From contig OX597829.1 in assembly GCA_951406725.2 (NCBI GenBank), positions 30,256,001 through 30,320,000 of the forward strand: a stretch of 64,000 bases of DNA, in the 5' to 3' direction. Numbering within the stretch: the stretch's first letter is position 1; each line of letters opens with the position of its first letter. The DNA is from Octopus vulgaris. Its lineage: Eukaryota. The notes beneath the pieces were generated by a model. That model was not told the origin of the DNA and did not search any database. It saw nothing but the letters and a program-made list of their open reading frames with translations. Shown one piece after another: positions 27,184-40,446 of this stretch. A program made the position numbers and the translations under genes.

Positions 27184-29299
27184 CTTGTAGTAACCTGAGA
27201 ATGTGTTGTTTAAGATAAGTCATTTTTTCACCAAGATCTTCAAAATTGACAGCCTTAGATATCTCAATATATTTCAATTTTTCATGTGCTATATACCTAA
27301 TGTGCCTGCATATGTTATTGTGTTTCCATTATATGTTATGTTTATTACATTATATATTATATATATTATTGAATATTATATATTACCACTTCTAATTTGG
27401 TGTCTTAGGGATAAATATACTTTTTTTTTCTCTATCTTATTTAAGGTGTTTTCATTTTGGATTACATAGTGTATTGAAGTAGATAAACCACACTCCACAT
27501 CATTTCCCTGTTGTAATCCTTTACAGTTCACATGAGGTCATGTTGATGTCTTTGAATAAAGAATGAATGTTACAAATGTACTGCACCCCCTCTAAAAATA
27601 TAACTTGTGTCTGCATATATTTTACTGGGTCTGCATTAACTAAGGATTTCAGATATTTGTAGAAGGTTGGATAACTTTCATGCCTCTACATTAGAATGAT
27701 TAGAAAGAATCTAGTAGTTAATATTTCATTGTATTTGTTTAATCTCAGATCAACTTGAATCAAGTAGTCACTCAAATGCATTCCATTTGTGACCACCATG
27801 TCTTTTTATAGATATATATGTAGGAGTACATTATCTAATGGGTCATTGAAATGGCAGTTTTTCTGGCATGTCAAGTGACTACTTAAAAGCTTCTTGTGGT
27901 GGGGTTATTTCATTGTATAGATTTGTATTACAGAATAGAAGCAAACTCACTGTATGTACTTGATTTTGTGTCCACATTTTAATATCTAATGTTTTTCTCT
28001 TCCCTTTTTTAAAAAAAAAAGACCCGTTCTGCTTTAGTTTGTATTGTTTTGAATCTAAATCTCTGTTGACTTTAGTCTTTCTTCACTCTGAAATTGATAA
28101 AATATTTATCTATGAGTTATTGAGGTCAACTATATTGATTATAAAATTTCCTTTTTAAAAAGAAAAAGAAAAATGTTGGTAGAGAATTTAAGTTTAGGCA
28201 AAAGAAATCAATATTTTGATAGATAAACCAGTTGAAAACAATCATTTATTTCCTCATTTCAATTTGTTTGTTACACTCCCTTGGTAAAAACTCACTTCTT
28301 TGGGAAAAAGATAGTATACATGTTGAATTTTATAAAAATAACTTTCTGAACAAACTCTTTAAAAAATGTTTATATTTTTTTCCTTATTTAATTGACTCTG
28401 TTTTCACAGCTTATGAGTAATCGTAATTGTTATTCAGATCTTTTATCCATGACAAGGAAGCTAAATTCTTTGAATAATTGACCTGCTAGAAGGATTGGCC
28501 AAATTATGCCCTGTTGTCTATGGGATGGATGGATACATTAATAAGAGCCTTTACTGAATAAAAGACTGGAAGGTCCCTGCTGGAACAGTTTAAGACTTGT
28601 TCAGTCAATTAATCTGAGGTTAAACAATCAGTAAATCCTTTTATATCATCATCCTTTTAATGTCCACTTTTCCACGTTTGTATGGGTCAGATGGTGTTTG
28701 AGGGAAATTTTCTGTGGCCAGATACCATTCCTGTCACTAACCCTCACTTGTTTCCAAGCAACAATATTTCCTCATGGCCCGGCGTTTGCAGAATATTGGA
28801 AATAATCACACTGCTTGTGTGAGAGTGACAATCATTTTACTACTATCACAGTATATCATGACAATGAGAGACACACTCTTGTACATGTATGTACATGCAT
28901 ATATATATACACACACATACACTTAGTTCTTACACAAAAACTCATACACCTTACACTTTCTTTGTTTCTTTGTGCAGACACAATTTTGAGATTCATTGAC
29001 AGCAAAATTTCACTCATCCATCTTCATCTATTGTAGCTGGTAGTTCGTGGTGGATGAGCATATTATGTTCTATTGCCTCAATGCTTGTTGTTGCAGCCAT
29101 TTCTATAATAGCACTTGGTGAATTACTTCATTATTTCTCCACAAGTGTCCACTGAACTTTTGTCTGAGTTTAGTTAGCTGTAGTTACCTTGGGATTGTCA
29201 CCATATACTGGTTTGATGAATCTATGCTACTTCATAGAATTGAAGGTACTGCCAAAGAAGTGAGGCTACATATGTGCGTGCGCGCGCGCGTGTGTGTGT

Positions 29300-29610
29300 T
29301 TGTGTCAATGAAATACAAACTGAATTCATGCTTTACAGTGTTGAATTGAAGACACTGAATAGTCAGATATTAAAACAAGTTGACACCTTGAAATATCTAA
29401 TCTCTATAATGGAAGCTAGGATTGGAGTGACTTGGACAGCATTAAGAAAATGGATTCATTCTGGAAAAATGATCTTCCAAAATAAAGTTAAATACTATAG
29501 GGCAACTATAGAAAGCTTGTCTATGAAACACAGCTTTGGACTCTCACCAAGACATTTACTAAATGTCTAGATTGAGTATACACCCAGCTGCTCAGAGCAG
29601 CAATAAACAT
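29300..29610 (+). mobile_element. LINE (RTE/RTE-X-like) RT fragment
   Basis: LKQVDTLKYL...RIGVTWTALRK...YRATIES resembles post-RT motifs. Confidence 0.55.
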
Positions 29611-30479
29611 GTGGAAACTGTGTAAATATGTGAAAATGTATGATGTGCTGTGTAGGAGTGTGTGTGTGTATGCGTGTGAATGTGATTTTGTTGCTACTGA
29701 ACTGAAAGTTATTGGCAGCAAGGCAGGGAGACTCGGTGCACTTGTGACATACTTTGTGTGTGTGTGTGTGTATGTGTGTGCATGCATACATTTATAATTA
29801 ACATGCATATGAACACTGAATCATCGAAAGATCTTCCTTGTAATTCTTGAGGGGAAATTCTTATAGACTGTGTGAAAATACACAAAGCTGGGTCATGAAT
29901 GACGTCAGGGGACTATAGGGTACATGTTTCTGTGTCATCATGCTTTATCAACTATAGACACTGAATCTGTCATTCATAACCCACTAAAAACTGATTATTG
30001 TTTTTATCTGTAAATAGCAAATAAATTAGCTGATGTATGCAAAACTGAAACTGGAATGGACCAAAGTTACTCTAAGTAGTTATGATTAAAACAAAGCTGT
30101 GTACATTTATAACACATTCTTGTGCACTCAACTGCAGTACCTGTCTCAGAAGAGGGATTCTTCATGGGTGTGAAAACATGCCAAGCTAGTCTATGAATGA
30201 TGCCATTGGACATAGGAAAAGGGGAGACATGAACACACACTCTCTCCCATCAGTTCTTGACTTAAGTTTTGCAGTCTTGGCACATAAATAATATGACTTT
30301 TTGCCTCAGCATACTAATAAAGTTAAATGAAAATCTACTAAACAAAGGCAGTCAATCGACTTACTAAAGTTTTGGTTTAGATATTTTCCTGTTGTGAGAA
30401 AGAATAACTGAAGTCCTTTTTTTTTTTTTCCTGTGCATAATTATATCCTATTTTGATTGTAGTGCCATGCAAATTCTTC

Positions 30480-30790
30480 TTAACATTGTTTTCATTGTTC
30501 TCCATGGTCTTCCCTACCTTTCATTTTTGCTGCCCACTCCTTTCTTCACTCTGCCCTCCATCCTGCTTTCTCTCTCTTCCCCTCTCTCATTCCCTTTGTT
30601 TCTCTTCTGCCCTTGTCAGTGTAGTTTCTTCTATTCAATGTTTTGCTCATTCCTCAGTTTTCCCTTCTGTATGTGTTACTGCCTCTTTCTGATCCCAATC
30701 ATACTTCTACTTCATTCTTCATTTTCTTCCCTGTTATCTTTTCTTAAAGGGTTTATTCCTTAAATTGTTTCTTCTCATTTCAATCATACA
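30480..30790. repeat. Pyrimidine-rich low-complexity tract
   Basis: Strongly C/T-rich on the + strand; it generates the spurious ORFs 30453 and 30467. Confidence 0.7.
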
Positions 30791-31414
30791 CTTCATTTTC
30801 TGGTTTACTCCAGTTGAAATACTATCTGTTTGATATCTTCAGTTTGTCTTAGGAAAAAAAAAAAAAATTCCATATTCTTTTTATAAATTTATTGACCTTA
30901 ACATTTCTTCATTTTAATATTTCTTGCTCCTAAAAAATTTGCAGTTTTACATTTTTTTTTATACATTTGTATTTTTTATATAATTTTGTATATTCTTAGA
31001 GACTTCTTGTCTTATGACATGCTAATATATTTTACATTTAGTATTAGGATATATATTATATATCCTTCTCTACACTCTGAGTTTAAATCTGGCCGAGATC
31101 AATTTTGCTGTTTATCTTTTTTGAGTTAGTAAAGCACTCAAAGGTGGGAAATCAGTGGTACTGTAAGAATGCTTGACTTGATGCCTTGCAGTATTTGTTT
31201 CACCTTTTTATGTTCTGAGTTCAAATCCTACCATGGTGTGTGGTTGCCTTTAGCAGTGGCTACACTATTGTAGGCATCCAACAAGGTCTCCAGTCTGCGC
31301 AAGCATTTCTCTTTCCCCACCAGTTTCAGAAGCCCTGTAAAGAGTGATAGGCATTGCCTCTCCTCCTCCCCTTCCCCTCACACACACACACACACACACA
31401 ACGACGACGATGAC

Positions 31415-31808
31415 TTGTGGTTAAGAAACTTGTTTCTCAACCATCTGGTTTTGGATTCAGTTCCACTGCATGGCACCTTGGGCAAGTGTTGTCTTCTGCT
31501 ATAGTCTGAAGTTGACCAAAGCCTTGTGAGTGGATTTGGTAGACAGAAACTGAAAGAACCCAACTCATTTTATGTTTTGTATGCACATCATTGTTAGACA
31601 AGCAATATTGTTCATTTTCCAGTCTTCTGTGGGAGTGGGTGGGAGGTGAACTTGTCTGGCCAAGAGGGAAATATTATCTTGCTTAGAAACAACTGAAGGT
31701 TGGCAATAAGAAGGATATCCAGCTGTAGATAATCTGCCATGATAAATTCTGTCTGTCTCATGCAAGTAGGGAAAAGTGGATATTAAAATGATGGTGAATG
31801 ATGATGAG
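31415..31808 (+). mobile_element. tRNA-derived SINE with RTE-type 3' tail
   Basis: tgtggttaag ... ggcaccttgggcaagtg ... ggtagacagaaactgaaaga ... aaggatatccagctgtag ... ggaaaagtggatattaaaatgatggtg. Confidence 0.85.
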
Positions 31809-34800
31809 ATAAAATGTTTTGTGTATGTATGTTTAAATTTGTGTATTGAGATGACTTGTGACTAGTGAGGTCACTCCAAAGTGTAGTAGCAGTGGAAAAG
31901 AGAGAAGACATGTCTGTGGGGAGGGAGGGGGGTTGAGACTGTGTTGGCGATCAGCTTCATGCTAATCAATAAGCAATACTCTATGCTACACTCAATTACA
32001 TTTATCACTTTTTTGTGTGTGTATTATATATTTATCTTCTAGAAACAACCTCATCAGTTACTGCTAGTTTATACCACCATATCCCCTTGGTATGATGAAC
32101 CTCACAGTTTCTGGATACTCAACATTACTAAATTGCATTCAATAAAGTTGAATTTCCTCTTAAAAAAAAAAATATAACAATGGAAATAGCTGCTTTAACA
32201 AGAATGGAAATTTGTTTTAACATCCTAAACATACCTTTTTTTTTTTTTTCATTATAGAATATAATGTGAAATGAAACATTGAAATAATGGTGTTTGTTGT
32301 TGTCAAGTGTAGCTGACAGTGTTGTGGAAAAATTATATTTAAAAAATTGAGTTTAGTATTTGTCTAGAAAGTAAAGATATTTTGAATTAGTAAATCACAG
32401 TAGTCCAAGTTCTGCTAAATTTGGTGGTTTTAGACTGAACAATTATTGTTTCTTCCTCAGAAAATGATGATCAACGTTAAAGAGATAAGGACATAATTTT
32501 GAAAAGTTTTGTGCCAAACAATGGAACAATGCAAGGCTGTGTGATGATACTGCTACTATTTACTTTATTTTTCTCTATAGAGCATTTGATTTTCTTTCAG
32601 CACAGTGACTTTGGACTCCTGCATAGTTTTATGTCAATAGTAGTTTGTTAAATCAGAAGTATTTAAATTTTCACACGCAACTTGAGTATAGCATGCATAA
32701 AATCTGCCAACTGACCATCAAAGAATTGACCTTCACATTCAGTCTTAAAATACAAAGGTCACCAATCATTATTAAACAGTAACTTCTATCATTCTCTCCA
32801 CCTAAGAAATTGATAAGTTTGGGGACAAGTTTCACTTTTGTTGCATTCTGGTTCTTTTTTTGTTCTCAGTCATATAGTAATTTATAAGAAGGTTTGGCTG
32901 TTTGGTTGAGAAATTTGCTTTGCAACCACCATTACCAGCATATTGGGTGTCTCCTATCATAGCTTCTGCTTGAGTGTAATTTGACAAACACTGAAAGCTT
33001 GGTCTTTGCGTTTTCATAAATAATTTCCATCAAAATTTAACATAGTGAAACAGATGGAATCTGTTGAAGCCTGTTACATGGACTGAACCAGTAATTCAAA
33101 AGACAAGCTCTGTTATACTGATTCTTCTGGAGGGTAACATTAGCAGAATGTCTCTATAGTATTTTCAACCAATTAGTTATTAGTACAGTGAATAGGGAGT
33201 TCTACTGATCAAACGGGAATACACCTTGTTGAAACTGGCAGAGGATCCATTTGTGTGTGTGTCCACTAACTTATGACTAAATATGTGTTTATATATGAGG
33301 CTCCTTGAGAAATGATATATTTATGAGTGTGCAATTGTGTTAAGTTGTGATTGATGACCCTGCTATTCATATGCTTCCAATTTGACAGCTGGCAGAAGGC
33401 AAAAAAGCCAGTTGCTCTAGCTATTAATACTAGAGTAAAAGTAAAAACAGTACTGATCATTCATTGAATAGACATTGAAACATGTTTCAAATCACAATTT
33501 AGTGTAGTTTGGAGTGAAATATGTAAATGTATGTGAATGAAATATGTAAAAATATTTAAACACTCTCCAAGAAATATCCACCTTAATGTGGACACACTCA
33601 TCAGAAGTGGAACTGCTATGTTTTTCAGTTAAAAAAAAAAACAAAGAAAACATTCAGTATTTTGGATGGGCAGAACAGTTAGTGTTAGGCAAAATGACTT
33701 ATGGTGTTTCCTAGCAGGGTTAGTATTACTTTTCATCCATCTCAGGTTCAATAAAAATGAAAAAGTACCAGTGAAGTACTGTGGTCAATATAATCCATTA
33801 CTCTATACCCATCCCTCTAAAAAGAAAAAAAATTCTGGCTTTCTGTCAATTTTATAAATGATTATTTTGCAGCATTACAGAGATATTTATTTGAACAGTT
33901 ATTTTGTTACTTACTTTCCCTCATCAGTTGTGCAGACTAAGACAGTGTTGCTTCAATGCATTTTTTTCCAGTCATAAGTATAGCATATTAATCTTTCAAT
34001 CATATTGCCTCTTGTTGGTGACTCAAGTTAACTGTAGAGGCAGGCTTTCTTTTTTCTGGCCAGTGTGAGCTCCTAGTTTAAGGGTGATTGGCTTTTTCTG
34101 TTACATTGCTTCTCGTTATTATTAAACTGAAATAATTAATGTTCATTACTAATTCTGACATTCTCTCTTTAATCTGTTTGTATTCAGGAATTGCTAATAA
34201 TAGATTTCTTAGGATTTCTCTCTCTCACCCTTTCTTACTCATTTTCTCACCCTCTTTTTCACTGTCACTTTCTCTTTCTCACTGTTCCCTCTCTCTCTTG
34301 TGTGTGTGACTAAAATGTAATATTCATGTCTGTCAGTACTAACAAATATTTTCAATTAATTCTGATTGGATATTTAAATAAATGTCTAAAGTTTGAGAAA
34401 TATAAATTGGTTGTGAATTATATATCAGCTCACTTTCATCTTAACCTGAACAAAGCTTGTTTTCACCTGTTAAGATATTTGTACTTTTCCTTTTTAATGT
34501 GTTCACTCTATAGTGTTTGACTTGTTAATTCATAGTAAACTGGCAACCAATTATGTGTATGTGTGCTGATAGATAGATAATGTGTATGTCTTGAGTTTGA
34601 AGAGAGTTGTGTCTTTTTATTTTGTTGTTGGACAATGTATGTATGACTAATCTATTTATTTGATTGTCATAACTGTGTAGGAATGTTTTTAGATTCAAAT
34701 TGGGTTAAAAAAAATACATAAAAGAAATATGTGTTAAAAATAGTTTGACACAAACCTTCAGTTTTATAAAAACTTGAACAGAAATCTTTTGTATAAAACA

Positions 34801-35849
34801 TTTTTGATTTGTATTAGAAAGAAGTTTCTAAAAATGCTTCAATGAATGTAATAATTTAAAAATTTATTGGAGAAATTAGAATTTAGATAAGAACTAAAAA
34901 AAAATCTTTATAGAAATAAGATATTTAGAATTGCAATATTAATCATTTTATAAAATGATAATTTATACATTTTAAATTGATGTTCTCATATTTGGTTTAG
35001 TTATTAATATACCATATTTCTGCTATTTGTGTTTCCTTCACGTCTTACAATGCAGTAATGTCACATGGATAGTTATAATAATTTTTAAAGTCAGATATCA
35101 TACATGGGGTGCATACAGAACAAGAATCCAAACTAGTAATTCTGATTGCTATTGGTTCTCAGCCACAGAACACCTTGTCCCTTTTGATGATGTGTGTTCA
35201 TAATCCATGAATTATGTTTGGTAGGCATCAGTGCATCAGTCATTAATTTGTTTGCTGATTTATTTGAAGAAGAGCTTGTGCTCTTGTGAGATCTGTTGGT
35301 CTGGCAGGGTAGTTTTGACTGAGGAGACACACAATGTGGTTTCTTGAAGTTCCCTTAGACATTGTCTGAAGGGAAGAGGTTATTCTCTGTTGATGAAAAG
35401 TGAGAGATCGGATATTCACATTTGAATCTTCTGGTATGTATTAATGGATATGTTAATCCTGTATATGTAGTTTTCCTAAAATTGAAGTTTAATGCATATT
35501 TGGAATGGTGGTTTTCATTGCAAAATGGTTGCTGGTGTTAAGAGTAATTGTTCAGTATCAGATATGGTGTGGTGTCATTGTAAATAATTTATTTACTTAG
35601 AAGTATGTCTAAACCAGTATAATCACATGCAAAATTATGTAAGAAAAATTGGTAGCTGAATAAAATATGAGTGCCATGGCAATTATATACAAAAGTCAGT
35701 GTAGTGTATAACCTCCAGATATAGATTATGATTATGATTTGTTTTGGAGTTGCATAATCTTTTTATTTTATTTCATTTTTGTACTTGTTTCAGCTTGTAA
35801 GTTATGGCCATCCTGGGGCACAAAGATTAAGGAAAAAAAATGCATTTTG

Positions 35850-36919
35850 TTATTTTGATAGGCTTTTGTTCAGATAAATGAACTAATGTTGCTTATTAAC
35901 AATGCACCTAGCCACCTTCCAATTCTACATCTCTATCTTAATGCCAATTATTATTTTTTTTGCCTCCAAATATGACATCGCTTTTGCAACCAATGGACTA
36001 AGTGTTGTTGCAATTTTTAAAGCCCTTTATTTTACACTACACATTTGCAATGCTGAATGAAGAAACAGACAAAGAAGGGGGACCAACTGTAATAGAATTC
36101 TGGAAAAATTGTAGTAAAAATCATAGAAAAAGCATGGATAATATCACTCAAAAGATTATGAAGGGCATTTGGAAAAAAACTTTGCCCTCAATTATTTTGA
36201 GTGTTTTGAATCATTACAAGAAAATGTACCAAAAGAAACAAATTATAAAGCTGGCAAATAAATTGAATCTCAACGTGTTGGCAAGTGATGTAGATGAGGT
36301 GCTTCAATCACATAGTGATGAACTCAACAACAAAGACCTTATTGCAATGCCAGAGCAGGCAACAATAGAGAGGAAAAGGACACTGTTGATGAAATGCCAG
36401 TTGATGCTTTCATGTTGAAAGGACTCACGGAAGCATTTCAACATTTGGATAAAGCCTTGGAAATTTTTCAAGTACAAGATCCAAATTTTGAACAAAGTGC
36501 AAAAGTTTTACTACCATAACAAATGCTTCTGCGTGTTACCAAGAAATTTATAGAGAGTGAAAAAAAAGCTTCTAACAAACAACTCTAGTCTTGTTTTTTT
36601 ATAAAGAAATCTACAAGTCCGTCTTTGAGTACTTGTGAATCTGTGGTTGTGTCTACAAGTGATGGTGTGCATGAGTCTAGTGAAAGTGATTCAGAAAATG
36701 ATTATAATATTTTTTGACATTATTTTTACTTTATATAAAATATCCATTACATTCACTGTTTTATTGCCATTATAAATTTTATAGGTAAAATATTTTTCTG
36801 GGAACTAATTATGATTTATAACATTGCTACTATGGGAAATTATTGCTCTGCTATACGATCTTTCACCTTATGAGTGCTCTCTAGGAACAAATTAACTTGT
36901 ATATCAAGACGTTACTGTA
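35850..36919 (+). mobile_element. Tigger/pogo DNA transposon fossil (3' part of the DDE transposase plus right end)
   Basis: LLINNAPSH...FLPPNMTSLLQPMD*..VAIFKALY matches pogo DDE motifs (LDNAP.H, LPPN.TS..QP.DQG). DVDEVLQSHSDELNNKDL is Tigger-like. Ends ...gttactg followed by TA. Contains frameshifts and stops. Confidence 0.85.
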
Positions 36920-38184
36920 CAATTCTTTGAGAAAGTAAGTACAAGTATTATACGTCAGTTTTCCATGTTGGCATGGGTTAGATGGGCTGCTACTGCAGTT
37001 GGAATGAACACATAATCGAGGATACTGTCCATCTAAATGGCTTAGTAGACCACATCTGGCATAATTTCTACAGCTGGGTGTCCATCCTAGCTCCAATCAC
37101 TCTATAGAATGTGCCAGATGCATGTTATATCATGGTACCAGCACTAGAGAGGTAGCCTGCCTGCTAAATGTCAAAAGTGACCTCATGACTCCTCATATCT
37201 GCTTGTTTACCAACCTCTTTACAGAGTGAGAGTTACAGACAATACTGATTTGTGGAATGTGTGTTGGGAAACGAAAATACTTAGTATTTTGAGATATGTA
37301 TTTATAGTCAAGGTGATATGGCCAAGAAGATAAGGCAATGATAGAAGGCAATGTCACAGGGGAGATAGTGAGACAGAAAGCCAGGATATATTGGAGAAAA
37401 GGAGTAAAAGTATGATGGCATACAGAAGAAAACAGGGTGATGACAGTCCCTTACCTACCATTTGTTGGAAAGACAGAAACTTACTACAACAATTTTATCT
37501 TTATCTATATGTTTCTTGGAATATTCTTTTATATGTTCCTTTTTGCAGAAACTCCCAAATTTTCATTTTGATACAAGAATTATAATTCTTTAAATATTTT
37601 TTTCTGCATGTGAACTCTTCAAGTTATCAACAATTGCAGAAAAACTAAGTTCATCAAGTTAAGTCAATCAAGATTGCATTTAAGTTGCTTTATAATTTTT
37701 TTCCCCCCTAGAGGTGCATGAAATGGAAATCAGGACCATTTTTGTTTGTTCAAACAAAGGGCTTACAGAAATAGGAAATTGAAAATTCATCATGTGCTCT
37801 ATTTACTGGGAGTTTTGACTTTATATTATTGTTTACAACATTAACATAAGGATGGTAACATGCTGGACACAGCCTAAAGGAATGTGTGTAAATTTACATT
37901 TTAAAAAGCCAAACACTGTATGCATCGTAATTGTAATAAGATTAAAGCAGAAGACATTTGGAGTGTTGTATCTGTATCTACGGCTCTCTGTCATTTGAAT
38001 GTCTTTGTGTTTGCCGGAATGATTACAACTATCTGGTTGCAGCAATAGCCTTATCTCTCTCATCTACCCATTTGCATTGCCAACTGCTGTGTGTTTATTC
38101 ACTGCTTGGTAGGAAGATGTTATATTTCTTTTAATTTCCAAATGTCGCTTGCATTACTTGATGAAAATATCAACTGTGTAATGT

Positions 38185-38408
38185 CTAGTCCTTTAGCATT
38201 CAGATTACTATGTCATATGTAATGCTTGTTTATTGACATTGTTTTGAATTAATCATGCATTATCTTGTAGCTTCAAGATTTCAGTGATGTAATTATTTTT
38301 GTAATGACATTGTAGGGTAGGTGAGAGAGACCAGATCTGGCTAGTTTGAACATAAAACAGGTAGAATATTTGGGTTGGATAAGGCCACTTTAAACGCCAA
38401 AGGGTTGG
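38185..38408 (+). mobile_element. MITE family B
   Basis: cctttagcattcagattac ... tttaaacgccaaagggtt; colinear with 53723-53942. Confidence 0.8.
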
Positions 38409-39067
38409 ACTTATTTTGCACATCCCTTGCTCTTAGCAACAACATTAGACTTTGAAAAGAAAAGCAAGGATCTCATTTGCCACATGGTGAAGGACATTCC
38501 AATTATAGAATTGGGGAGGTCATTCAGACCATATTTTTCTTTTCTCTGATGAGAACTTACTGTGAACATTACTTACAGTGAACATTACTGCTGCCATCAT
38601 CAGTATTAACATCATTAACTTAAAGGCTATATTTTCTTTTTTGCTAAATGATTATCCAGAGATTGAAGACAAGTCTGATGACTATGTTGTTGTAGAAACA
38701 GTTACAAATCTAGCTTGCTCTTTGATTACAGAATCTATAGTTATATTTCTTGGCTTCGTCTTTTAGCTTTTTTAATCATTGCCTTCAATTGAATGCTAGA
38801 AATGTAGCCTTTAGCTTGATATCCTTTGGAATAGCGATTAATATGATTTTATTTTTAAATGAACACCAATATGACTTTACTTTCTTGATATGATGAAATA
38901 CAGTAATTTGATTAATAAATTACTTGCAACCAGTACATTCAACTCGTGTTTGTAAGTTGAGGTTGACAAAACATAACCCAGGAGTCAACATGTATGTCAC
39001 TGAAGATAATCAGACAAACTGATTGAAATAATGCTAGTGGCCAAGTTTAAAAATAGTATGAAAAAAA

Positions 39068-40023
39068 ATAGATCATGTTCAAAGAACAGCATAAACTGAT
39101 CTATCATAAACGCATATGTACACACAGCAACACCCATGCACTCACTCGTCACCTTGTTTCTCACCACCGAATCGAATCAGTGGCAGCCAACCAGTTCAAC
39201 ACCACTCCTTTGCACTCACTTAAATGTAAGTACACATGCACTACCACACACAAAGATACAACCCAACCCATCCCTGCCCCCCACCATTTTTATACTCTCG
39301 TGTCTTAAAAGCCACTTTCCCTATCTCTTTCCACTTCTGGTCACTTCAACTATGTAGCGCACATGTACTTGAACTTTTTCCCAACTCTTTTTTTCCATGT
39401 TATTCTGAGTTTCAAGCTAATACATTCCATGTGTATGTCCTTTTGACTTATGTTGTTTTGTTATTTGTATCTTTAATATTTGATTTTACTGATCCCCAAA
39501 GTACCCCGGATCCTGTTGCCCCCGTGCCGCTGGCACGTTAAAAGCTCGAACCGATCGTGACCGATGCCGGACCCCCCGGCCCCTGTGCAGGTGGCACGTA
39601 AAAGCACCCACTCCACTCACGGAGTGGTTGGCGTTAGGAAGGGCATCCAGCCGTAGAAACTCTGCCAGATCAGACTGGAGCCTGGAGCGGCCCCTGGCTT
39701 CCCAGACCCCGGTCGAACCGTCCAACCCGTGCTAGCGCGGAAAACGGACGTTAAACGATGATGATGATGATGATATATATATATATATAGATCATGTTCA
39801 AAGAACAGCATAAACTGATCTATCAGAAACGCATATGTACACACAGCAACACCCATGCACTCACTCGTCACCTTGTTTCTCACCACCGAATCGAATCAGT
39901 GGCAGCCAACCAGTTCAACACCACTCCTTTGCACTCACTTAAATGTAAGTACACATGCATTACCACACACAAAGATACAACCCAACCCATCCCTGCTCCC
40001 CACCATTTTTATACTCTCGTGTC
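39068..40023 (+). repeat. 237-bp direct repeat (39068-39304 and 39787-40023)
   Basis: Offset 719 bp; only about 3 substitutions visible between the copies. Confidence 0.95.
39305..39786 (+). mobile_element. Young RTE-type 3' UTR/tail copy A
   Basis: CpG-rich ggagtggttggcgttaggaagggcatccagccgtagaaac...cggacgttaaac(GAT)n(AT)n. Confidence 0.85.
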
Positions 40024-40441
40024 ACATAAGAAAACCATCCGAACGTGACCGTAGCCAGTACTGCATCGACTGGCCTCCGTGCTGTGGGCATGTAACAAAC
40101 ACCATCCGATCGTGGCCGTTCGCCAGCCTCATCTGGCACCTGTGTCGGTGGCACATAAAAAACACCATCCGAGCGTGGCCGTCTGGCACCTGTATCAGTG
40201 GCACAAAAAAAACACCATCCGAGCGTGGCCGTCTGCGAGCCTCGTCTGGCACCTGTGTCGGTGGCACATAAAATCACCCACTACACTCTCGGAGTGGTTA
40301 GCGTTAGGAAGGGCATCCAGCTGTAGAAACACTGCCAGATCTGACTGGCCTGGTGCAGCCTTCGGGCTTGCCAGAACCCAGTTGAACCGTCCAACCCATG
40401 CTAGCATGGAAAGCGGACGTTAAACGATGATGATGATGATA
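40024..40441 (+). mobile_element. Young RTE-type tail copy B with internal ~60-bp tandem modules
   Basis: About 4 repeats of caccatccgagcgtggccg...tgtgtcggtggcacataaaaa, then ttaggaagggcatccagctgtagaaac...ggacgttaaac(GAT)n. Confidence 0.85.
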
Positions 40442-40446
40442 TATAT

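Noticed and set aside
35130-35439. Alternative coding first exon ending at CTG|GTATGT (35433)
   Set aside because: All three frames are closed by stops shortly before the donor with no usable ATG; a non-coding exon cannot be supported from sequence alone.
40024-40280. CRISPR-like repeat/spacer appearance
   Set aside because: Eukaryotic context with no cas genes; the intervening parts are homologous to each other and lie inside a retroelement tail.
39075-40423. Cluster of overlapping ORFs on both strands
   Set aside because: Caused by the higher GC content of young repeats; no recognisable protein motifs.
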